From NCBI GenBank assembly GCA_049298895.1, contig JBAQWL010000316.1:1-52213 (forward strand): a stretch of DNA of 52,213 nucleotides, in the 5' to 3' direction. Positions 28,686 through 41,708 of the stretch are shown here, in pieces. Every line of letters begins with the position of its first letter. The stretch's first letter is position 1. This DNA is from Gallionella sp. Lineage in GTDB: Bacteria > Pseudomonadota > Gammaproteobacteria > Burkholderiales > Gallionellaceae. A program made the position numbers and the translations under genes. A model generated the notes under the pieces. That model made no database searches. It saw only the letters and a program-made list of their open reading frames with translations, and was not told the DNA's origin.

Positions 28686-29183
28686 ATGAAAAAATCAACA
28701 GCTTTAATAGGATGTATTACGCTCGGGACTGGTTTATTGCTGGCACTTTTGTTGAGTTTCATATCTTTGAGTCATGCAGCGGATTTCATGCTGGAAGATA
28801 TTCAAGGTAAGACGCACCGCTTGGAGGACTATCGTGGTAAGTGGGTGCTGGTGAATTTTTGGGCAACCTGGTGCACGCCCTGTCTGAACGAGATTCCCCA
28901 ACTAACCAGTTTGCACAACGCTCACAAGAAAAAGGATTTAGTGGTTATTGGTATAGCCATACAATCAGGTTCACTTAAACAGGTGGCCGATTTTGCAAAA
29001 GCACAAAACATGAGCTATCCGGTGGTGCTGGGAGATTTCGAAAGTTCCAAACAAATCGGTGTAGTGGAAGGATTGCCGGTTAGCTATTTGTATAACCCTA
29101 AAGGTGAACAGGTGAGCTATATGATGGGTGAGGTGACACGTGCAAGCATCGAGGCCTATATTAAAAGCAATAAATCCAAATGA
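28686..29183 (+). CDS. TlpA-family thiol-disulfide oxidoreductase
   Basis: N-terminal signal/TM segment; GKWVLVNFWATWCTPC and GLPVSY motifs. Confidence 0.9.
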   Translation: MKKSTALIGCITLGTGLLLALLLSFISLSHAADFMLEDIQGKTHRLEDYRGKWVLVNFWATWCTPCLNEIPQLTSLHNAHKKKDLVVIGIAIQSGSLKQVADFAKAQNMSYPVVLGDFESSKQIGVVEGLPVSYLYNPKGEQVSYMMGEVTRASIEAYIKSNKSK

Positions 29184-29235
29184 TGCTGCCTTGCGGTCTG
29201 ACTGGACTGTTCAAAATAGTCAGCCTAGTCATTGC

Positions 29236-29871
29236 TTATAGTCTCCCTGACGCAGGATTAGGAAATGTCCAGCGCTTGCGCCAAGCGGTGCGTACCAGAT
29301 TAGGGTATCCCGGTTGGCCCAGGCTGCCGTTATAGCGACCCAGCGCGCGGAACAAATTCCCGTGTTCGATATCCAGATAGTGACGCAAAATGGTGCATCC
29401 GTAGCGCAGGTTGATGCGAGGATGGAATAAATTATGATCCGACGTGCCAATTTCCTTCACCCAGAATGGCATCACCTGCATATACCCACGTGCACCCACG
29501 CGGGACACGGCATATTTCTTGAAACCGCTTTCAACTTCAATCAGGCTAAGCACCAGCTGCGGATCAAGGCCGGCACGAGTGGCTTCGTAGTGCACGGTCT
29601 TGAGAAAATTCATGCGGAATTCCGCATCCTGAAATTGCATTTTCAAGCGTCGCGACATATCCGTCAGCCATACATCCGCCTCATGTTGCGTGGGGAAGGC
29701 CAGTTTCGGCTCGCCCAAGTCAGCCACACTGTGATGCAGAACCGCGCGGACGCTGGCGGAAAGCGGTTTGTAGACTTGTGCGTTGACGAATGTGCCGGAA
29801 GCGAGCAGCGCGCCAGCCAGGCAAATTTTCAGCGCCAGATGGTGTGAGGGGAGCCGTCGGATCAATTGCAT
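29236..29871 (-). CDS. Lytic transglycosylase (SLT domain)
   Basis: [19 protein letters not shown] and ALGRYNG motifs; overlaps the proS 3' end by 10 bp. Confidence 0.9.
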   Translation of the reverse strand: MQLIRRLPSHHLALKICLAGALLASGTFVNAQVYKPLSASVRAVLHHSVADLGEPKLAFPTQHEADVWLTDMSRRLKMQFQDAEFRMNFLKTVHYEATRAGLDPQLVLSLIEVESGFKKYAVSRVGARGYMQVMPFWVKEIGTSDHNLFHPRINLRYGCTILRHYLDIEHGNLFRALGRYNGSLGQPGYPNLVRTAWRKRWTFPNPASGRL

Positions 29872-31577
29872 AGCCTTAATTTTAAGAATTCTGGCGCATT
29901 TTGCAAGGGGATTGATTGCGCGGCAGCATCTTGGCGCCCCTGGTACTCCAGCATTCCCTCCTTTAATCCACGCTCGCCGATGACGACACGGTGAGGAATG
30001 CCAATCAATTCCATATCGGCAAACATCACGCCGGGGCGCTCGTCGCGGTCATCCAGTAATACTTCGATACCAGCTGACTGCAATGCAACATACAGCCGTT
30101 CTACGGCATTGCGTACTGCGTCGCTTTTAGCCATGCCGATAGGCACGATGACAATCTGGAATGGAGCCATCGCAGTCGGCAGCATGATGCCGCGCTCATC
30201 AAAGTTCTGTTCGATCGCGGCGGCGACGATGCGTGACACACCGATGCCGTAGCAACCCATCTCTATGATTTGTGCCTTGCCCTGCGCATCCAGATAAGTA
30301 GCTTTGAGCGCCTCGGCATATCTGGTGCGTAACTGGAAGATATGGCCGACTTCGATGCCGCGACAGATTTCCAAAGTGCCCTTGCCATCTGGAGACGGGT
30401 CTCCTTCGACCACGTTGCGTATGTCGGCAATCAGATCGGGTTCGGGCAGGTCACGCTTCCAGTTCACTCCGGCAGTGTGGAATTTGGGTCGGTTTGCCCC
30501 TACTACGAAGTCACTCATCGCAGCTACGGTGTGGTCGACTATCACTCGGATGTTCGTCCGGTCGATTCCGACCGGGCCGAGGAAACCAGGTGGGCAATTG
30601 AAGTTGGCACGGATTTCATCCTCTGTGGCAAAGCGGAAACCGGCGAGACCGCTCAATTTGCTTGCTTTGAATTCGTTCAGGCTGTGATCGCCGCGCAACA
30701 GCAGGACGTGCAGCTTGCCCGTCGCGATTATTGCGAGCAACTTTACGGTGCGCTGTAACGGGATGGTCAGCAATTCTGCCACCTGTTCGCAAGTCGTCTG
30801 TCTGGGCGTTTCGACATCTCGCATCGATTCGGCAGCCGCAGCTCGCGGTAAAGCCGGCGCGACGGCCTCCGCCAGCTCTACATTGGCGGCGTAATCGGAA
30901 CTGGGGCAGTAAGCAAGCGCGTCTTCTCCTGCGTCTGCCAACACATGGAATTCATGCGAACCACTTCCGCCGATTGCGCCGGTGTCGGCCGCGACAGCGC
31001 GAAACTTTAGCCTCAGACGTGTAAATATGCGGCTGTAGGTTGCATACATCACGCGGTAAGTTTTCTCCAGACTGTCGAGGTCGGAGTGAAAGGAATAGGC
31101 ATCTTTCATCAGGAATTCGCGTGCCCGCATCACGCCAAAACGAGGCCTCACTTCGTCACGGAACTTGGTTTGAATCTGGTAAAAATTTATTGGCAGTTGT
31201 CGATAGCTGCGGATTTCGCGGCGTGCGATGTCGGTAATAACTTCCTCGTGGGTGGGGCCGAAGCAGAAATCGTTGTCGTGCCTGTCTTTTATTTTAAGCA
31301 TCTGCGGACCAAATACTTCCCAGCGTCCGGTTTCATGCCACAGCTCGGCGGGTTGTACGGCGGGCATTAGTAATTCGATTGCACCACTCTGGTTCATTTC
31401 TTCGCGAACGATGTTTTCCACTTTGCGCAATACACGCAGACCAAGTGGCATCCAGGTATACAAACCGCTGGCCAGTTTCTTGATGTAGCCAGCACGCAGC
31501 ATCAATTTATGGCTGGGCAGCTCCGCTTCTGAAGGTGCTTCCTTGAGGGTGGAAATGAAAAATTTCGAAACGCGCAT
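29862..31577 (-). CDS. proS: Proline--tRNA ligase
   Basis: [29 protein letters not shown] and [10 protein letters not shown] motifs; start placed at ATG 31577. Confidence 0.97.
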   Translation of the reverse strand: MRVSKFFISTLKEAPSEAELPSHKLMLRAGYIKKLASGLYTWMPLGLRVLRKVENIVREEMNQSGAIELLMPAVQPAELWHETGRWEVFGPQMLKIKDRHDNDFCFGPTHEEVITDIARREIRSYRQLPINFYQIQTKFRDEVRPRFGVMRAREFLMKDAYSFHSDLDSLEKTYRVMYATYSRIFTRLRLKFRAVAADTGAIGGSGSHEFHVLADAGEDALAYCPSSDYAANVELAEAVAPALPRAAAAESMRDVETPRQTTCEQVAELLTIPLQRTVKLLAIIATGKLHVLLLRGDHSLNEFKASKLSGLAGFRFATEDEIRANFNCPPGFLGPVGIDRTNIRVIVDHTVAAMSDFVVGANRPKFHTAGVNWKRDLPEPDLIADIRNVVEGDPSPDGKGTLEICRGIEVGHIFQLRTRYAEALKATYLDAQGKAQIIEMGCYGIGVSRIVAAAIEQNFDERGIMLPTAMAPFQIVIVPIGMAKSDAVRNAVERLYVALQSAGIEVLLDDRDERPGVMFADMELIGIPHRVVIGERGLKEGMLEYQGRQDAAAQSIPLQNAPEFLKLRLCN

Positions 31578-31772
31578 GGTGAGTACGACCTGATTATGAT
31601 TGTGCAACCGAGATTTTACAGGGAATGGGCATAGTTCGTCTTCCCTCATCCTGAAGCTCCTCACATTGTGGTGATTTTACAGAGAGGGTGTGTAGGTGAG
31701 GTTTATTGACTTTCCATTCCAGGAAAAATGTGAAAGAATCAACGCATTAATATTTAACGAATAGAGTAGCAA

Positions 31773-32285
31773 ATGATAGACCGAGACGGCTACCGCCCGA
31801 ATGTCGGCATCATTATCACGAATGACATGAATCAGGTGTTCTGGGGCAAGCGGGTGCGGCAGCATGCATGGCAATTTCCGCAAGGCGGCATACAGCATGG
31901 CGAAACCCCGGAGCAGGCAATGTACCGTGAGTTGCACGAAGAAGTCGGTTTGCTGCCGGAGCATGTGAAGATACTCGGACGCACCCGCGACTGGATGCGT
32001 TATGAGATTCCACAGAGCTGGAGCAAGCGTGAATCGCGCGGCGGTTATCGCGGTCAGAAGCAGATCTGGTTCCTGCTGCGTCTGATGGGTCGTGATTGTG
32101 ATGTCTGTCTGCGGGCCAGTTCACATCCTGAATTTGATGCATGGCGCTGGAATGACTACTGGCTGGATATCAGCGCGGTTATCGAATTCAAACGTGAAGT
32201 TTATACGATGGCTCTGAACGAACTGGTTCGTTATCTTCCTTCATCTGGCAGCCATGCCGTATACCTGCATCATGGGCAAAAATGA
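31773..32285 (+). CDS. rppH: RNA pyrophosphohydrolase
   Basis: [21 protein letters not shown], Nudix box [15 protein letters not shown] and PEFD.WRW motifs. Confidence 0.96.
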   Translation: MIDRDGYRPNVGIIITNDMNQVFWGKRVRQHAWQFPQGGIQHGETPEQAMYRELHEEVGLLPEHVKILGRTRDWMRYEIPQSWSKRESRGGYRGQKQIWFLLRLMGRDCDVCLRASSHPEFDAWRWNDYWLDISAVIEFKREVYTMALNELVRYLPSSGSHAVYLHHGQK

Positions 32286-32459
32286 TTTTTTAGCCTTGTT
32301 AAATTGGGTAATTAGGGCTGTAACGGGGTCAATAAGCTTACCTTCAGCAATCTCTTCAGCTTTATAAAGGCTTGTGGCCAGTTCTAACTCTTATTTTTCC
32401 TGAAGTCATTGCCATCATTGTGGGCGGTTAGTCTGCTTGGAATCGCAGAGGTGAAATGC

Positions 32460-33473
32460 ATGGATCCATCGCTACGGCGTACTGTATTGATCATTTTGAT
32501 GTTTGCTGCTACCGGATGTTCTTTGAATAAGTTTGCCGAGAATATGACTGGAGGCTGGTTTGACGAAGACGATACGCTGCATACCACCCTGCGGAAATCG
32601 GCTGTGGACAACGTCGAACACGAGACCAGATATGCCGCGTCATTGAGGGTAAATAAGTATGTTGACTTGCGCGAGCAGGCTAATCCACACATGCTCGGGA
32701 TCAGTACACAGCGTGTCCGCGGATTGAGCGGCAGTCAGCTGTTGCTCGATCAGGAAATTCCAGACTTGGTCACGTCCGTTATCAAAGTGCAATTTGATGC
32801 AGAGGGCTATCAAGTCCTGGAAGATGGCAATGTCGATGATGCAATGTTTGAGGTATCAGGGACGATCAAAGACTTAACCTTAAACGTCAAATATCGTGAC
32901 GAAATCAGCATTGCCATCGAAACCACCGTGAAAAATATGCGCAGCGGAGCCGTGGTCTGGTCTGGATTGGTGACAGAAGCGCATGATCGCTTCGCTGGTG
33001 TTTCTGGCAACAACAAGGACGATATCGTCGACTACCTGAACAATGCGCTGCGCGTTGCCAGCAAAAAGACCGTATCTGCTGTCAGCATGTCGTTGATGGC
33101 TGCGCATCCAGAATTGTTCAATCTAGGTGCTAAACCGATCCCCGGCCTGTCAGTCTATAGCTCAGCTGCTGCGGCCGAGCCCACCTCGGCTGTTTCTACT
33201 TCCGTGTTGCCAATTGTTGATGCTCAGCTGGGCAGCACGGTTCTACCCACTGTAAAGGTGCCGAATGCCGGGATGTTTCTGCTTAACACCTTCCCGCCAC
33301 GCGCTAAGGTGTACCTGGACGGCGTGTACTATGGTTTGTCTCCATTGCGGGTGCAGAAGGCGCCGGGCGTATACGCAGTGGAAGTGAAGCTGAAAGGCTA
33401 CAGAACTGTTACTGAAAAAGTATCGGTGCGCAATGGAGATAGTACCGAGATGGAATTGAACCTGGAACCTTGA
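32460..33473 (+). CDS. Putative lipoprotein with C-terminal PEGA domain
   Basis: Signal with lipobox-like ATGC; Ala/Ser/Pro linker; P..AKVYLDG...G.SP......PG.Y.VEV...GY PEGA pattern. Confidence 0.72.
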   Translation: MDPSLRRTVLIILMFAATGCSLNKFAENMTGGWFDEDDTLHTTLRKSAVDNVEHETRYAASLRVNKYVDLREQANPHMLGISTQRVRGLSGSQLLLDQEIPDLVTSVIKVQFDAEGYQVLEDGNVDDAMFEVSGTIKDLTLNVKYRDEISIAIETTVKNMRSGAVVWSGLVTEAHDRFAGVSGNNKDDIVDYLNNALRVASKKTVSAVSMSLMAAHPELFNLGAKPIPGLSVYSSAAAAEPTSAVSTSVLPIVDAQLGSTVLPTVKVPNAGMFLLNTFPPRAKVYLDGVYYGLSPLRVQKAPGVYAVEVKLKGYRTVTEKVSVRNGDSTEMELNLEP

Positions 33474-33514
33474 TGTCGTGTTGATTTGCAGGAGAGCCGC
33501 ATTCCTGCGACACA

Positions 33515-33970
33515 TCAATGCTTGCCTGTGCTACCGAATCCCCCGCTACCACGTTCGCTCAGCGGGAATGCTTCCACGATATTAAATTTTGCCTGCATCA
33601 CCGGCACGATAATCAGTTGTGCCATGCGCTCCATCGGCATCAGCGTAAATGGTATCAGGCTGCGGTTCCACAACGATACAAAGAGCTGTCCCTGGTAATC
33701 CGAGTCAATCAGGCCAACCAGGTTACCGAGCACGATGCCGTGCTTATGTCCCAAGCCGGAGCGCGGCATTATCATCGCGGCATAGCCAGGATTACTGAGA
33801 TGCAAGGCGATGCCGCTGGGGATGAGCTCGCACTGCTTGGGCTGTATGACCATGTTGTGATCGATGCATGCACGCAGATCTATCCCCGCCGAACCTGCTG
33901 TCGCATAGCCGGGCAGGTTGTCATGCAACCGATGGTCGAGAATTTTGACATCCACCGAGATTTGTTTCAT
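33515..33970 (-). CDS. dut: dUTP diphosphatase
   Basis: [22 protein letters not shown] and [10 protein letters not shown] motifs. Confidence 0.97.
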   Translation of the reverse strand: MKQISVDVKILDHRLHDNLPGYATAGSAGIDLRACIDHNMVIQPKQCELIPSGIALHLSNPGYAAMIMPRSGLGHKHGIVLGNLVGLIDSDYQGQLFVSLWNRSLIPFTLMPMERMAQLIIVPVMQAKFNIVEAFPLSERGSGGFGSTGKH

Positions 33971-35181
33971 TTTCCTGCTCCCCTATAACGTAGCGCAATG
34001 TGTTGCATCAATTGTCTTGCCAATGTGAGCTTGTTGGCGCGCGGCAGAGCATGACTGCCATTGTCATCAAATAGCACCAGCTCGTTGTCGTCGCTGCCTA
34101 TGGCCTGTTGCGCGAGATTGCCCACCATTAAAGGTAACTTTTTTGCGCGGCGTTTCTGCTCGGCATGTTCGGCGAGATTCTCGCTCTCAGCAGAAAAACC
34201 CACGCAGAACGGTGGATTCGGCAGGTTGGCGACATAGTCCAGGATATCCGGGTTAGGTATCAACTCCAGCGTGAGCTTGTCCGCGCTCTTCTTGATCTTT
34301 TGTGCGTTGGGTGCTGCAGCACGGTAATCGGCAACTGCCGCCACGCCGATGAAAATGTCGCAACTGGCCACCTGCTGTTTAACAGCCTCGAACATCTCGG
34401 CGGCACTGGCGACATCGACTATCTGAGCACCTTGTGGCTTGGCAAGCGCGGTCGGGCCGGACACCAGCACGACTTCCGCACCAAGTTCCAGCGCGGCTTG
34501 CGTGATGGCATAGCCCATTTTCCCGGAGCTGAGATTGGTGATGCCGCGCACCGCGTCGATCGCCTCATAGGTTGGCCCGGCGGTGATCAGGATCTTTTTT
34601 CCGGAAAATTTCCTGGGCTGAAACAGCGCCACGATGTCTTGAGCCAGATTTGCTGCTTCCAGCATTCGCCCCATACCCTCCTCGCCACAGGCTTGAATGC
34701 CGTCATCCGGCCCCAGTACCTGCACACCGTCGGACACTAGTTGTGCGATGTTGCGCTGCGTGGCTGCATTCAGCCACATCTCGCGGTTCATCGCAGGCGC
34801 GATGATTAACGGGCACGCGCGCGCCAGACACATAGTTGACAACAGATCATCCGCCAAACCGTGCGCCAGCTTGGCGATGAAATCGGCACTCGCCGGCGCG
34901 ATCACGATCGCATTCGCGGCCCGGCTCAGATTGATATGCGCCATGCTGTTTGGCACACTCGCATCCCACTGGTCGGTGTACACCGGCTTGCCGGACAGCC
35001 CCTGCATCGTGGTCGGCGTGATGAAATGACTCGCTGCCTCGGTCATCACTACCTGTACACCGACGCCCCGCCTGATCAACAGTCGTGCCAATTCCGCCGC
35101 TTTGTAGGCCGCAATGCCGCCGGTGATACCCAGTATTAAGCTTTTCACTGGCAAGATGCGCTTTGTTTGCTCTTGTTTCAT
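33967..35181 (-). CDS. coaBC: Bifunctional phosphopantothenoylcysteine decarboxylase/synthetase
   Basis: [40 protein letters not shown] and NPDIL motifs. Confidence 0.95.
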   Translation of the reverse strand: MKQEQTKRILPVKSLILGITGGIAAYKAAELARLLIRRGVGVQVVMTEAASHFITPTTMQGLSGKPVYTDQWDASVPNSMAHINLSRAANAIVIAPASADFIAKLAHGLADDLLSTMCLARACPLIIAPAMNREMWLNAATQRNIAQLVSDGVQVLGPDDGIQACGEEGMGRMLEAANLAQDIVALFQPRKFSGKKILITAGPTYEAIDAVRGITNLSSGKMGYAITQAALELGAEVVLVSGPTALAKPQGAQIVDVASAAEMFEAVKQQVASCDIFIGVAAVADYRAAAPNAQKIKKSADKLTLELIPNPDILDYVANLPNPPFCVGFSAESENLAEHAEQKRRAKKLPLMVGNLAQQAIGSDDNELVLFDDNGSHALPRANKLTLARQLMQHIALRYRGAGK

Positions 35182-35232
35182 AATGCTACGCATCTTAACA
35201 AGAAACAGCCCGCCTGGGCTGGGAGGGGGGTT

Positions 35233-35907
35233 ATGGCAATCACCGACTGGCCTAAAGGCGAACGTCCGCGCGAGAAGCTGCTAACCCGCGGTGCGGCCTC
35301 ACTCTCTGATGCCGAACTCCTTGCTATATTCCTGCGTACCGGTGTGACTGGCCAGAGTGCGGTGGATCTGGCGCGCGAGTTGCTCACGCGCTTCGGGAAT
35401 CTCACACAACTTTTTGCCACCAGCGAGGCGGACTTTTGTGCGGTGCACGGCATGGGACAGGCGAAGTATGTGCAACTGCAAGCGGTGCTGGAAATGTCGC
35501 GGCGTGCATTGAAGGAAGAGATGCAGCGTGGAGATGCGTTGAATTCGCCGCGCGCGGTGCGCGATTATTTGCTGCTCTTATTGGGCGGGCGGCAGCAGGA
35601 AGTTTTTTTGGTGTTGTTTCTCGATACCCAGCATCGCGTGATTGCTTCAGAGGAGTTGTTTCACGGTACGCTCAGCCAAACCAGTGTGTATCCGCGCGAA
35701 GTGGTTAAGCGCGCACTAGCACACAACGCGGCTGCCGTGATACTTGCGCACAACCATCCTTCCGGTGTCGCCGAACCCAGCCAGGCAGATGAGTTGTTAA
35801 CCAGTGCGCTTAAACAGGCGCTGGCGTTGGTGGATGTTCGGGTGCTGGATCACTTTGTGGTGGCAGCAGGGCGAACGCTGTCGTTTGCGGAAAAAGGATT
35901 GTTATAG
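35233..35907 (+). CDS. radC: RadC family JAB-domain protein
   Basis: ERPREKLL..G...[22 protein letters not shown] and VLDH motifs; divergent from coaBC. Confidence 0.95.
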   Translation: MAITDWPKGERPREKLLTRGAASLSDAELLAIFLRTGVTGQSAVDLARELLTRFGNLTQLFATSEADFCAVHGMGQAKYVQLQAVLEMSRRALKEEMQRGDALNSPRAVRDYLLLLLGGRQQEVFLVLFLDTQHRVIASEELFHGTLSQTSVYPREVVKRALAHNAAAVILAHNHPSGVAEPSQADELLTSALKQALALVDVRVLDHFVVAAGRTLSFAEKGLL

Positions 35908-35909
35908 CC

Positions 35910-37313
<1,404 letters not shown>

Positions 37314-37322
37314 TTACGCGAA

Positions 37323-38408
37323 TCAGGCGTGTCCTTGTTCGATGATTGCGCCACCAAGACAGACTTCTCCATCGTAGATCACTACCGACTGTCCGGGCGT
37401 GACCGCCCATTGTGCTTCGTCAAACGCGATCTCGCAGCGGCTATCTGCAAGTTGAGTGAAATGGCAGGGCGCATCGGCCTGGCGATAGCGCGTCTTGGCG
37501 GCGTAAGGATGATTTAACTGTGGTGCAGTGCCGCTGATCCAGTGGCTGTCCAGCGCAGTCAGGCGCGGTGCGAGCAGGGCGGGGTGGTCGTGCCCCTGTA
37601 CCACGATCAAATGGTTGTTCGCCATATCCTTGCCGCACACGAACCACGGTTCGCCGGAAGTTTCTTTGGCACCACCTATGCCCAGACCCTGGCGTTGTCC
37701 GATGGTATAGAACGACAGCCCAATGTGTTGGCCGACCAGATTACCTTCAGGTGTACGCATCTCGCCCGGTTGGGTTGGCAAATAGCGATTCAGGAATTCG
37801 CGGAACGGCCGTTCGCCAATAAAGCAGATGCCGGTGCTGTCGCGCTTGGCGTGATTGGGCAAACCATGCTGTTCGGCAATCACGCGTACTTGGGATTTCA
37901 ACAGTTTGCCGAGCGGGAACATAGAATGGCTCAATTGAGTTTGATTCAGGCGATGCAGGAAGTAGCTTTGGTCTTTGCTGTCGTCACTGGCTTTTAACAA
38001 CTGGAGCAGCCCATCTGCTTCGCATATTTGCGCGTAATGGCCGGTGGCGATGGTATCCGCGCCGAGATGAATGGCGTGGTCGAGGAACGCCTTGAACTTG
38101 ATCTCAGAATTGCACAGGATGTCCGGATTGGGTGTCCGTCCGGCCTGATATTCGCTCAGAAAATAACTGAATACCCGCTCCTTGTATTCCTCGGCGAAAT
38201 TGACTGCTTCGATAGGGATGCCGATGGTGTCGGCGACCGAGACCGCATCCAGCAGGTCTTGGCGCGACGAGCAGTATTCATCGTTGTCATCGTCCTCCCA
38301 GTTCTTCATGAACAGGCCGATCACCTCATAACCTTGCTGCTTGAGCAGCAAAGCGGTGACCGAAGAATCCACTCCGCCGGACATGCCAACCACAACTTTT
38401 TTACTCAT
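37323..38408 (-). CDS. mnmA: tRNA-specific 2-thiouridylase
   Basis: [37 protein letters not shown] and TPGQ motifs. Confidence 0.97.
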   Translation of the reverse strand: MSKKVVVGMSGGVDSSVTALLLKQQGYEVIGLFMKNWEDDDNDEYCSSRQDLLDAVSVADTIGIPIEAVNFAEEYKERVFSYFLSEYQAGRTPNPDILCNSEIKFKAFLDHAIHLGADTIATGHYAQICEADGLLQLLKASDDSKDQSYFLHRLNQTQLSHSMFPLGKLLKSQVRVIAEQHGLPNHAKRDSTGICFIGERPFREFLNRYLPTQPGEMRTPEGNLVGQHIGLSFYTIGQRQGLGIGGAKETSGEPWFVCGKDMANNHLIVVQGHDHPALLAPRLTALDSHWISGTAPQLNHPYAAKTRYRQADAPCHFTQLADSRCEIAFDEAQWAVTPGQSVVIYDGEVCLGGAIIEQGHA

Positions 38409-38847
38409 AATGCACCAATAGATCAAGCGGATACTGTTTACCTGCCAAGTAATCTTCTACGCAGCGCAGGATCAGCGGGCTGCGATGGCGCGCTTGTGTG
38501 GCTTGAATTTCATCGGGAGTCAGCCATATGGCTTGCAGAATACCGGTGTCGAGCTGACGATCAGCCTCGTGGCCGGTGATTTCGCCGGTAAAGGCGAAGC
38601 GCAGATAAGTAGTATCTGATTCAGGCGAATGCCAGCGATAGATGCCGAGCAGGTGTTGCGGTACAAAGTGATAGGCCGATTCTTCCAGCGTCTCGCGCAC
38701 AACAGCGGCCAGCAACGATTCATTGGCTTCGAGATGGCCGGCGGGTTGGTTGTAGCGTAAACCTTGTGGGGTTTTCTCCTCAACCAGTAGAAACATTCCA
38801 TCGCGCTCAATGACTGCGGCGACAGTGACATTCGGCTTCCAGATCAT
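38401..38847 (-). CDS. nudJ: NUDIX hydrolase (NudJ-like)
   Basis: [17 protein letters not shown]....VRETLEE and RSPL motifs; 8-bp overlap with mnmA. Confidence 0.85.
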   Translation of the reverse strand: MIWKPNVTVAAVIERDGMFLLVEEKTPQGLRYNQPAGHLEANESLLAAVVRETLEESAYHFVPQHLLGIYRWHSPESDTTYLRFAFTGEITGHEADRQLDTGILQAIWLTPDEIQATQARHRSPLILRCVEDYLAGKQYPLDLLVHYE

Positions 38848-38860
38848 GGATTCGATCCCA

Positions 38861-38888
38861 GAAAGAAAAAAGGCAGGATCACCTGCCT
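38861..38888 (-). terminator. Intrinsic terminator after tRNA-Leu
   Basis: Minus strand AGGCAGG-TGAT-CCTGCCT followed by TTTTTCTTTC. Confidence 0.75.
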
Positions 38889-38896
38889 CATTCGTG

Positions 38897-38983
38897 TGGT
38901 GCCGGGGGAGGGACTCGAACCCTCACGTTCTTTCGAACACCGGATTTTGAGTCCGGCACGTCTACCAGTTCCATCACCCCGGC
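38897..38983 (-). tRNA. tRNA-Leu(CAA)
   Basis: Minus strand GCCGGGG...TGGTAGAC...CCGGA-CTCAAAA-TCCGG, long variable arm, GGTTCGAGTCC T-arm, encoded CCA end; 87 nt. Confidence 0.97.
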
Positions 38984-39062
38984 CAAGCGGGCCGCATTAT
39001 CCATGAAGCTACAACCAACATCAACTACAATTCGGCCTTGGCAATATTTTTCCTTCCCATTA

Positions 39063-40088
39063 ATGCGTACCGATGAGTTTGATTTCTCCCTGCCGGAACG
39101 GTTAATCGCGCAGTTCCCCACACAACACCGTGGCACCAGCCGTTTGCTGTATGCGCATGATGGAGCGCTGGAAGATCGCTACTTTGCCGAGTTGCAGCAA
39201 GTGATGAGGGCAGGCGATGTGCTGGTACTGAACGACACCCGTGTCATCAAGGCGCGCCTGCATGGCAGCAGAGAGTCGGGCGGCAAAGTGGAGGTGTTGG
39301 TCGAGCGAGTATTGAATGAACATGAAGTGCTGGCGCAAGTGCGAGCCAGCCATGCACCCCAGGCTGGAGGTGTGCTGTATCTGACCGGCAATGTGAAAGT
39401 GGTAGTACAAGGACGGCAGGGTGAATTTTTTCGTTTGCGCTTCGAAAATGACAACGATGTGTTTGCCTTGCTTGAACAACATGGGCACTTACCGCTGCCA
39501 CCGTATATCACTCACAGCCCCAATGCACTCGATGAGCAGCGCTACCAGACTGTGTTTGCACGCCAGCCTGGCGCAGTGGCTGCGCCTACGGCAGGACTCC
39601 ATTTCGATGAGGCGATGTTACAGTCCTTGAGTGATATGGGGGTGAAAATAGCACATGTCACGCTGCATGTTGGTGCAGGAACATTTCAGCCGGTGCGCGC
39701 TGAGCGGGTAAGCGAGCATGTTATGCACAGCGAACGCTATGCCATTTCACGGCTGACGGTTGAAGCAATACAGCAGGCCAAAACGGATGGCGGACGCGTC
39801 ATTGCCGTGGGTACCACTAGTCTGAGAGCGTTAGAAAGTGCAGGGGTGAGTGGCGAGTTGGTTGAGGGGGAAAGTGAGACGAAAATCTTCATCACGCCAG
39901 GTTATTGCTTTAATGTGGTAGATGTATTGCTGACCAATTTTCATTTACCTCGATCCACGTTGCTGATGCTGGTATGTGCTTTCGGCGGCATGCAGCAAAT
40001 ATTGGCCGCGTATCGCCATGCGGTGGAAAATGAGTATCGTTTTTTCAGTTATGGCGATGCAATGTTGATTGAACGCAAAAACAATTAA
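39063..40088 (+). CDS. queA: S-adenosylmethionine:tRNA ribosyltransferase-isomerase
   Basis: [36 protein letters not shown] and FFSYGDAM motifs. Confidence 0.97.
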   Translation: MRTDEFDFSLPERLIAQFPTQHRGTSRLLYAHDGALEDRYFAELQQVMRAGDVLVLNDTRVIKARLHGSRESGGKVEVLVERVLNEHEVLAQVRASHAPQAGGVLYLTGNVKVVVQGRQGEFFRLRFENDNDVFALLEQHGHLPLPPYITHSPNALDEQRYQTVFARQPGAVAAPTAGLHFDEAMLQSLSDMGVKIAHVTLHVGAGTFQPVRAERVSEHVMHSERYAISRLTVEAIQQAKTDGGRVIAVGTTSLRALESAGVSGELVEGESETKIFITPGYCFNVVDVLLTNFHLPRSTLLMLVCAFGGMQQILAAYRHAVENEYRFFSYGDAMLIERKNN

Positions 40089-41201
<1,113 letters not shown>

Positions 41202-41258
41202 GCGCCTGCTGCTTCATGGTAGAATGCGCGCCTTTTGTTTTATTGTGGAGAAATGGTA

Positions 41259-41585
41259 ATGTTTATCAGCAATGCATATGCAGAAGGAGCCGTAGCAACG
41301 CCTAGTGTTGGAGTCATAGAATTTTTACCGCTGATCGCGCTGGTCGCGGTGTTCTATTTTCTGGTGTTGCGTCCGCAAAGCAAGCGAGCCAAAGAGCACA
41401 AGGCCATGGTAGTGGCACTGCAGCGCGGCGACGAGGTAGTGACTATGGGTGGCGAAGTGGGGAGCGTCAGCAAAGTGTATGAGCAATACGTCGGGGTGGA
41501 AGTCGCTGAAAATTTGGTGGTGACTGTACAGAAGAGCGCGATTCAAAGCGTACTGCCTAAGGGAACGATCAAGGCCATCAAGTGA
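41259..41585 (+). CDS. yajC: Preprotein translocase subunit YajC
   Basis: FYFLVLRPQSKR, GDEVVT.GG and LPKGT motifs; tgt-yajC-secDF order. Confidence 0.94.
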   Translation: MFISNAYAEGAVATPSVGVIEFLPLIALVAVFYFLVLRPQSKRAKEHKAMVVALQRGDEVVTMGGEVGSVSKVYEQYVGVEVAENLVVTVQKSAIQSVLPKGTIKAIK

Positions 41586-41708
41586 TCTAGTGTGGGTGCG
41601 GGGGCTTAGAATCCAGGACTTATAAAAAGCCCGCGCTGCAAGCCGAAATCGCCTTGCCAGAAATTTTTGGCCTTTGTTTCCGCCAAGCACACTATTCAAG
41701 AGGTTGTT

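Noticed and set aside
28484..28762. Minus-strand 92-aa ORF and an interrupted alternative frame (..YWDLFIAGDEKRDTPRWW..) in the yqhA-tlpA spacer
   Set aside because: Overlaps tlpA, or contains a stop; no recognisable family. Could be a gene relic, but needs BLASTX to support.
38897..38983. tRNA-Leu as a prophage or island attachment site
   Set aside because: No integrase and no duplicated tRNA 3' end noticed in the window; both flanks are core genes.
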